In this document: piece by piece, positions 19,909-27,182 of the stretch
Numbering within the stretch: position 1 is the first letter of the stretch
How the letters are laid out: each line of letters opens with the position of its first letter
From: a bacterium
GTDB taxonomy: Bacteria; Zhuqueibacterota; Zhuqueibacteria; Oceanimicrobiales; Oceanimicrobiaceae
DNA: 27,182 nt
NCBI GenBank assembly: GCA_046758365.1
Contig: JBHIAC010000026.1
Span: 1 to 27,182, forward strand
Direction of reading: 5' to 3'
Notes under the pieces: generated by a model
Seen by the model: the letters and a program-made list of their open reading frames with translations, nothing else
The model's database searches: none
What the model was told of the DNA's origin: nothing
Position numbers and translations under genes: made by a program

Positions 19909-19953
19909 ATCTGCAATTCCTTTCTTGTTTTTTTATACACCTGTTAGTTATTA

Positions 19954-19982
19954 AAAATATTAAACGGCTATTTGAATGTCAA
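19954..19982 (-). promoter_or_regulatory. Candidate glnS promoter
   Basis: Minus strand TTGACA (19982-19977), 17 bp spacer, TATTTT (19959-19954). Confidence 0.55.
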
Positions 19983-20245
19983 TAAAAAGTATAAAAAATC
20001 TTGTACTACGTAATACATGCAAATGGAAAATTTTCTTATATATTTTAAAAAATATAAAACCTACCTTCGGATAGATGCTGCCAACGGATAAAAGCCCATC
20101 TCTGATTGTACGAATTGGTTAACTGTACAGTGCAATGAGATGTCTTTAGACGAAGTGGTATTTGAAAAAAATTTTCAAAATATCCGTTGGGAAACATTTT
20201 AGTAATAATTTTTCTTGCAAAAAAAGATTTTATTGGTAATATTAT

Positions 20246-20404
20246 AGAGTTGTATATGACTCACTAGTGGGTGCTATTGTGGCTTTGGCAAAGCTTCTCA
20301 GCATTTATGAAGATCGCTATGGCCTCTCTTCTGAGGATTTTTATGATAAGTTCAGCAAAAGTGAAAAAGAAGACAGCAAGGAATTTATTGAATGGGGGAC
20401 ATGA
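20246..20404 (+). pseudogene. Remnant of a TumA-like antitoxin
   Basis: Manual translation RVVYDSLVGAIVALAKLLSIYEDRYGLSSEDFYDKFSKSEKEDSKEFIEWGT* matches the L..YE..Y.M.SE.F...F..G...D...F.EW family pattern as recalled. No ATG after the in-frame TAA at 20237, and it stops early. Confidence 0.65.
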
Positions 20405-20431
20405 CATCCTTGCGTTCAAATGGCTAAATAT

Positions 20432-20518
20432 TTACAAGAAATAAGCAAGTCCTATGAAATTTTAAAAAGTCTTTTTCCATAGCAAAGATTCCACCACAAT
20501 GTCTACATCGCTTTCCTC
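20432..20518 (-). pseudogene. Fragment of a minimal nucleotidyltransferase (MNT) antitoxin
   Basis: Manual translation EESDVDIVVESLLWKKTF*NFIGLAYFL*: SDxD motif followed by a KKTF.NF..LA.FL segment typical of MNTs, with in-frame stops. Confidence 0.6.
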
Positions 20519-20581
20519 TAATTTTATTTTTTAATAATTTTCCCATAAGCTTCCGTGAGAGTCCATGGTAAAATAACCTTT

Positions 20582-22559
<1,978 letters not shown>

Positions 22560-22613
22560 AATAACAAACCTCAAAGTTAATAGAGATAATTAGCTTAAGC
22601 TGCATTTTTGGTA

Positions 22614-23114
22614 CTATTCGTGTTCAGCCCCTCGCTTACCTAAATGTTTGTCCAACATAAATAATGCCGTGCCTTGATCTCCTATTATCTTTAGCTTTTC
22701 TACAATTTCGCTGGCGGTATTTTCCTCTTCAACTTGCTCCATGATGAACCATTGTAACTCCACCTGGGTAGGATAGTCATTTTCTTTGACAGCGAGCTCA
22801 AAAAGCTGGTTAATCATATTCGTCACTTTTTGTTCATGGGCCAGTACAGTTTCAAAAATATCTGCTAGCGATTTGAAATCCTTTGGCGGTTGCTCAATAG
22901 TCTGTAACACCACGCGTCCACCCCGGTTATTTAGGTAATCGAACAGTCTCATGGCGTGTGAGACCTCTTCCTCATATTGCGATCGCAGCCAATGTGCAGA
23001 ACCCGCCATATTGATGGACTCGCAGTAGGCCGACATCGAAAGATATAGATAAGCAGAATGTAATTCATTCTTAATCTGTTCATTAATTGCGTCCTCGACA
23101 ATTTTCTTTATCAT
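22614..23114 (-). CDS. ftn: Non-haem ferritin
   Basis: NEQIKNELHSAYLYLSMS, EEEVSHAMRL, HEQKVT, LQWFIMEQVEEE ferroxidase motifs. ATG 23114 lies 9 nt from AGGAGG, whereas ATG 23123 abuts it. Confidence 0.95.
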   Translation of the reverse strand: MIKKIVEDAINEQIKNELHSAYLYLSMSAYCESINMAGSAHWLRSQYEEEVSHAMRLFDYLNNRGGRVVLQTIEQPPKDFKSLADIFETVLAHEQKVTNMINQLFELAVKENDYPTQVELQWFIMEQVEEENTASEIVEKLKIIGDQGTALFMLDKHLGKRGAEHE

Positions 23115-23187
23115 AGTGTTCATCCTCCTTGTTTAGAATACCTTATGAAATTTTGTTAAGACTTATTCTTTTGACTCGATTGAAAAC

Positions 23188-23216
23188 AATATATAAAATT
23201 TAGCTACTAAATTCAA
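23188..23216 (-). promoter_or_regulatory. Candidate ferritin promoter with an overlapping 17-bp palindrome
   Basis: TTGAAT, 17 bp spacer, TATATT on the minus strand; AATTTAG-CTA-CTAAATT at 23197-23213. Confidence 0.55.
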
Positions 23217-23244
23217 TACGTTTATATATTCAAACGCCCAGTTT

Positions 23245-23844
23245 TTAATTTTCATCAATGGCAATAATAAATCTCATGATTGGCCGAGTTTCTGATCGCC
23301 GCAGACACTCAACAAACCCGGCTTTGTGAAAAGCCGAGCTCAAACCAGTGTAAGCGAAAACATCTGGCATTGAGGATTTCTTAGGCTCCACCGGATACCC
23401 TTCAACAATGTGGCTTCCTTGCTCTTTCGCATATTCTATTGCTGCTCGCAACAGTCTAACGGTCAGCCCTTTGCGGCGATAGGGTTTTGCAACAAAAAAA
23501 CACACAACTGACCAAACAGGTTTGTCATCAATAGGCTTAAGAATTCGTGAGCGTTGTAAGACAGGAAAGCGATTACGAGGTGCAACCGAACACCAGGCAA
23601 TAGGTTGACTATTTTCGTAAGCCAAGATGCCAGGAATTTCTCCTGATTCAACTATGTTACGCATGGCTTGTTTGTTCTTTTCACCTTTGTGCTTTTCGAA
23701 TTGGGAGCGGGATATTCTCCACCACATACACCAACAGCCGCCACAAGCACCGCGCTCCCCAAACAGCTTTTCGAAATCAGCCCACCGCGCAGTGGTGAGG
23801 GGATGAAACTCTAATTTCATTTCTTGACTTTGATTTTTAGGCAT
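23245..23844 (-). CDS. GNAT family N-acetyltransferase
   Basis: CWCMWWR, PIAWCSVAPR, WSVVCFFV...YRRKGL (acetyl-CoA motif), VEGYP, F..AGF. Confidence 0.9.
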   Translation of the reverse strand: MPKNQSQEMKLEFHPLTTARWADFEKLFGERGACGGCWCMWWRISRSQFEKHKGEKNKQAMRNIVESGEIPGILAYENSQPIAWCSVAPRNRFPVLQRSRILKPIDDKPVWSVVCFFVAKPYRRKGLTVRLLRAAIEYAKEQGSHIVEGYPVEPKKSSMPDVFAYTGLSSAFHKAGFVECLRRSETRPIMRFIIAIDEN

Positions 23845-23965
23845 AATTTTTCACACAACTTTGTTTTATTCATAAACAATCGCCTTGAAACAACGATGAG
23901 CCTATTAAGTTGACTAAGGGCTTACTCCAATTTAGCTGATTACACTTATGTAACGTGCTTAAAAA

Positions 23966-24691
23966 TTATTTTACACCATTTTTGAATTTTAAGGAGCCAG
24001 CGATTAAGCAAACTAAGCCTTCATCAAAACGCCAGATATTTTTTTGTGCGGACTTGATGAGATAATAGGCAGTAAGAGCAAAAATAAGTAAGATTAAAGT
24101 ACCTAAGATGATGAGAGACAGTTTGTTTATACTTTCAATTAGATTATACTTAACTATATAGAATGTTACTGTTGTAATGGCACTTATCAATAAAAATAAA
24201 AGCGCAAATAAAATATTAATCTGGAATTCGAACCAAGAGAAATAACTTTCCCAGATATAATTCAAGTTTTCCAATTTTATTATAGGCAGATAATAATATC
24301 GAAGAGTAATTGGAAACTTTTGGAGCGAAGACATGACTTTCTTATCTTTGCTTAGTTCCATAATATCTTTATTCGCAAGTGACTTTAAATGGTCAAAACA
24401 ATCATGAACGCATTGATCTTCTTTATATCTCCATTTGTGTCTTAGATTATCAATTACAGTTGGCCAAAGAACGGTGTTTAAAAAGATACCAAGAAGAATA
24501 CTCAATGGAACAACAATACTGACAACGGTCGCAAGGTTTGTATGCTGGATTATCACTGTTATTAAATTGGTTTTAGCTTCGATGAAGAGCATTTGATATC
24601 CAATGTCAGCAAAGAGAATAAGAGCCACAAGTAAAATAATACCCGGCAAGAAAGTCTTAATGATTTTGCCAAAAGAGAATGCACTAAGCAT
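23966..24691 (-). CDS. Uncharacterised four-TM membrane protein
   Basis: 241 aa. Two N-terminal hydrophobic helices (FGKIIKTFLPG...), a ~75-aa soluble loop ending YFSWFEFQIN, then two C-terminal helices. Starts 68 bp downstream of the TrpF-like gene. Confidence 0.75.
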   Translation of the reverse strand: MLSAFSFGKIIKTFLPGIILLVALILFADIGYQMLFIEAKTNLITVIIQHTNLATVVSIVVPLSILLGIFLNTVLWPTVIDNLRHKWRYKEDQCVHDCFDHLKSLANKDIMELSKDKKVMSSLQKFPITLRYYYLPIIKLENLNYIWESYFSWFEFQINILFALLFLLISAITTVTFYIVKYNLIESINKLSLIILGTLILLIFALTAYYLIKSAQKNIWRFDEGLVCLIAGSLKFKNGVK

Positions 24692-24759
24692 GATCGTTAG
24701 GTTGTTTTTATGTGAAGATAAACAGTAGACAAAATAGTGATGTTTAGATGATTACCCTG

Positions 24760-25425
24760 CTATAACGGAGCTAATTCTAATTGTGTTTTGGCCTCGAAAA
24801 TGAAATCTTTCAGTTTTTTGGGATTTTTTCGAGGATTGCCTACACCGTCATCAACACCGGTATTGACATCTACCCCGTAAGGTTTCACGATTTTGATTGC
24901 TTCGGCCACATTCTTAGAATTGAGCCCACCAGCCAGAATGACAGGTACGGAAACTGCATCTACGATCTCTCTGCTAATCGACCAATCGTGAGTAATTCCT
25001 GTTCCACCGATGCGGTCGCCTTTGTTTGTATCCAGCAAAATCGCATCAACATATTCTGCAAAATTCAGGGCTTTTTGAATGGCTTCTATATTAATGACAT
25101 GAACGGCTTTGATTAATTTTACTGCTCCTATGCCTGCACGAATCCGGCGTATATCATTCGGTTTTACTGGCCCGTGCAGTTGCACCGTCGTGCATCTTAT
25201 GAATGTGCATAAATTAGTTATCGTGCTCAAGTCGGTCTTGTGGGTCACCAACACAGAGGAAACAAATGGGGGTAACTCAGCAATGACTTCCCTGGCAAAT
25301 TCCTTTGCGACTGTATCTTCAGTAGGGTAATCCAGACCAATGAGAAACCCTAAAGCATCAGCTCCATACTTTACGGCTATTAGAGCATCATCTATATGGG
25401 TAATGCCGCAGATCTTTACTTTCAT
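24760..25425 (-). CDS. trpF: Phosphoribosylanthranilate isomerase (TrpF)-family protein, atypical stand-alone paralogue
   Basis: VKICGIT, GADALGF, LPPFV, VQLHG, ILLD, GGTG..HDW, LAGGLN..NV, GVDVNTGVD. The canonical S(P/K)R reads TED and VGVF reads VLVTH. No other trp genes in the window. Confidence 0.85.
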   Translation of the reverse strand: MKVKICGITHIDDALIAVKYGADALGFLIGLDYPTEDTVAKEFAREVIAELPPFVSSVLVTHKTDLSTITNLCTFIRCTTVQLHGPVKPNDIRRIRAGIGAVKLIKAVHVINIEAIQKALNFAEYVDAILLDTNKGDRIGGTGITHDWSISREIVDAVSVPVILAGGLNSKNVAEAIKIVKPYGVDVNTGVDDGVGNPRKNPKKLKDFIFEAKTQLELAPL

Positions 25426-25474
25426 AAAATAATACTCAAATTCAACTGACTTAATCTTCTACAATTTTCATAAA

Positions 25475-25503
25475 AAAATAACTAAATTCTTCTAAAAAAG
25501 CAA
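25475..25503 (-). promoter_or_regulatory. Candidate promoter for the TrpF-like/4-TM unit
   Basis: Minus strand TTGCTT, 17 bp spacer, TATTTT. Confidence 0.4.
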
Positions 25504-25595
25504 GCTCTTTTAAAGGTTAATTTTTGGAATTGCATAGATTGCCTCTTAGATATTTAAATAAATTGAAAATGTATTATTAATGCAATTATTAGCCC

Positions 25596-25624
25596 TTGAC
25601 TTTGCTGCCTTGAATATTTATATT
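25596..25624 (+). promoter_or_regulatory. Candidate promoter for the small Cys/His protein
   Basis: TTGACT (25596-25601), 17 bp spacer, TATATT (25619-25624). Confidence 0.55.
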
Positions 25625-25673
25625 GAAACAGCAATTATCCGAAATGTTTATCTTTTCTGAGGAGGCATTAGCA

Positions 25674-25880
25674 ATGCTATGCGACCATTTAAAACTACTG
25701 CACGACTATATTAATGAAAATCAAATTGAAATTGGTGGTTTGGATATGATTCGGTTAGTGTGCAAGAAATGTCATATTGAGCATGAGTGCCCTTATATTC
25801 CCGTCGAATCTTGGGGGGAACAACCAAAAAAGGAATCTGAAAAAAATCCTAAATTTGGAAAGAAATCGAAGAATTTTTGA
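25674..25880 (+). CDS. Small (68 aa) Cys/His-containing protein
   Basis: GAGGAGG lies 8 nt before ATG 25674; MLCDHL...VCKKCHIEHECP. The track start at 25623 falls within the predicted -10 box. Confidence 0.7.
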   Translation: MLCDHLKLLHDYINENQIEIGGLDMIRLVCKKCHIEHECPYIPVESWGEQPKKESEKNPKFGKKSKNF

Positions 25881-25895
25881 ATGTTTTTGATTTTG

Positions 25896-26381
25896 TTATT
25901 TAAAGAAAAATCTTATCCCAACAGCCGCGTTTAATTTGAAATCCGTTTCAGGAACTAAATCCAAAATAGGAACAATTTCAGTAAAAAGGTCTAAAGTCAC
26001 GTTCTCAAAAAGGTAAGCGAGTCCAACGGGAACCCGAACACCAAATCTTATGTCGTCGTTATCCTTACCGTTGTGATCATTGAATCTAACTCTCCCCCCA
26101 ATACCATAGAACAATGGTAAACTCCCTTTTTCTACATGAATTAATTTGAAGTTGTGATTAAGATAGTCTGCATGTATGGTTAAGGAATTGTTCCCTTCAA
26201 ACGACCAGGCAATAGCAAAGTCTATGGCTTTGGAATATCCGATCCAATTTTTGATGCTGATGCCAGTGGGTTCACCTAAAATCATGCCGGTGCCAAAACC
26301 GCGTTGCTGAGCCGGGGCCGTGTCACAAAGACTAAATAGTAAAATGATGGCAAGAATAATTGATTTGGAGGTGATTCTCAT
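25896..26381 (-). CDS. Small outer-membrane beta-barrel protein (DUF3996-like)
   Basis: Signal peptide MRITSKSIILAIILLFSLCDTAPA (ATG 26381 with AAGGA upstream), GMILGEPTGIS, YGIGGR, GVRVPVGLAY, C-terminal GIRFFFK. Confidence 0.8.
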   Translation of the reverse strand: MRITSKSIILAIILLFSLCDTAPAQQRGFGTGMILGEPTGISIKNWIGYSKAIDFAIAWSFEGNNSLTIHADYLNHNFKLIHVEKGSLPLFYGIGGRVRFNDHNGKDNDDIRFGVRVPVGLAYLFENVTLDLFTEIVPILDLVPETDFKLNAAVGIRFFFK

Positions 26382-26571
26382 TTCTAATTCCTTTAGCTTA
26401 TAAAATATCATTTGTATCAATAGTTTACCTGAATGTGATATTTGCTTGCATGGGATTTAATCGGCTGATATTTATGACAGCTTTAATATTTTTTGTGCTG
26501 TTAAAACAGTGTGAATAGACGATAGGCTTTTGGCTTGTACCTCTTCCACCGCACTACAAGCGCCATAGTTT

Positions 26572-26832
26572 TTAAAGTTTACCTTTATGCAAATCCGCAA
26601 TAGGAAAACATAAATCATAATCATTCTAAACCAAATGACCATATTCAATTTTGAACTTTTTAAATAATTCGGGATTTAGATACTTTCGAATCTCTGGATG
26701 TCGAGATTTTCGGAGAAACGGTTCGAAATCGACTATTTATTCTTTGCAGTCGCTAAACTTTAGGCGTAGGCGATAACCCGACAGATATTCGGCTTGAGTA
26801 ATTTCGATGACAGCATCTTAATTAAGTTTCAT
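26572..26832 (-). pseudogene. DUF2442-family (antitoxin-like) pseudogene with three in-frame stops
   Basis: Manual translation MKLN*DAVIEITQAEYLSGYRLRLKFSDCKE*IVDFEPFLRKSRHPEIRKYLNPELFKKFKIEYGHLV*NDYDLCFPIADLHKGKL*. Internal stops at 26818-26820, 26737-26739 and 26626-26628; no frameshift. Confidence 0.8.
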
Positions 26833-26877
26833 TTAAGCCACGGTGAAACACTTGATGCAATAGGAATAAAATACTAT

Positions 26878-27182
26878 TTATTTAATGTTCTTTACTTCTT
26901 TGACAAAATTATTCCACTCTTTTGGGTAGGGTTTAAGTCCTTCTTTTTTGCTCCAAGTATATAAGTACCAAAATCTTTCATAGCCAAGCTTTTTAGCTCT
27001 ACTGCGAATACTTTCAACACTTCTTGGGCCGCAGCACTCAGCAAAAAGCCAAATTTTTCTAACAAATGGTTTCATTGATTCACAATATTCTGCATCGATA
27101 TCATTAGACCGAAGAAATGATTTACAACTAATTACTGCAATTGCATTCTGCTGTTCAATAAATCTAAAGTCCATGATTGGAT
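26878..27182 (-). CDS. C-terminal part of a hypothetical protein, possibly PD-(D/E)XK nuclease-like
   Basis: The frame is open to the window edge upstream of ATG 27174. AIAVISCKSFL resembles the (E/S)xK strand of restriction-endonuclease folds. Confidence 0.5.
   Translation of the reverse strand, partial: PIMDFRFIEQQNAIAVISCKSFLRSNDIDAEYCESMKPFVRKIWLFAECCGPRSVESIRSRAKKLGYERFWYLYTWSKKEGLKPYPKEWNNFVKEVKNIK

Noticed and set aside
19909..20240. T-box riboswitch upstream of glnS
   Set aside because: No GGTGGNACCRCG T-box or terminator on the minus strand, and the candidate promoter is only ~45 bp from the start codon.
26533..26561. GCTTGTA...TACAAGC hairpin as a terminator
   Set aside because: Short stem with a long loop, and the T-run is not adjacent; too weak to call.
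26572..26832. Stop-codon reassignment or readthrough making the DUF2442 gene intact
   Set aside because: Both TAA and TAG interrupt it, and both serve as normal stops for intact genes in the window, so pseudogenisation is simpler.

Overview
AT-rich bacterial window with almost all genes on the minus strand. PEGA/FGE-fold and beta-barrel proteins suggest a diderm, possibly FCB-group (KSB1/Calditrichota-like) organism; this is inference only. Left end: a 5'-truncated PEGA + FGE-sulfatase-fold gene, then a ~100-bp MITE-like element with a central IHF site. 1.7-18 kb: an ABC-transporter-dependent surface-glycan locus with Wzm, Wzt carrying a C-terminal domain, four SAM methyltransferases, two GT2, one GT4, Gmd-like and Fcl enzymes, a UGM/HemY-like flavoprotein, an 861-aa GT-C-like membrane protein and a signal-peptide beta-rich protein. 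18-23.8 kb: glnS, eno, ferritin and a GNAT, with an AT-rich orphan gene and two decayed antitoxin fragments missed by the ORF track. 24-27 kb: a stand-alone TrpF paralogue followed by a 4-TM protein, a small Cys/His protein, a small beta-barrel, a DUF2442 pseudogene and a truncated possible nuclease. The best candidate for an undescribed system is the TrpF paralogue (catalytic Cys/Asp kept, conserved substrate-binding Arg replaced by Asp) paired with the 4-TM protein. No rRNA, tRNA or CRISPR array was seen.
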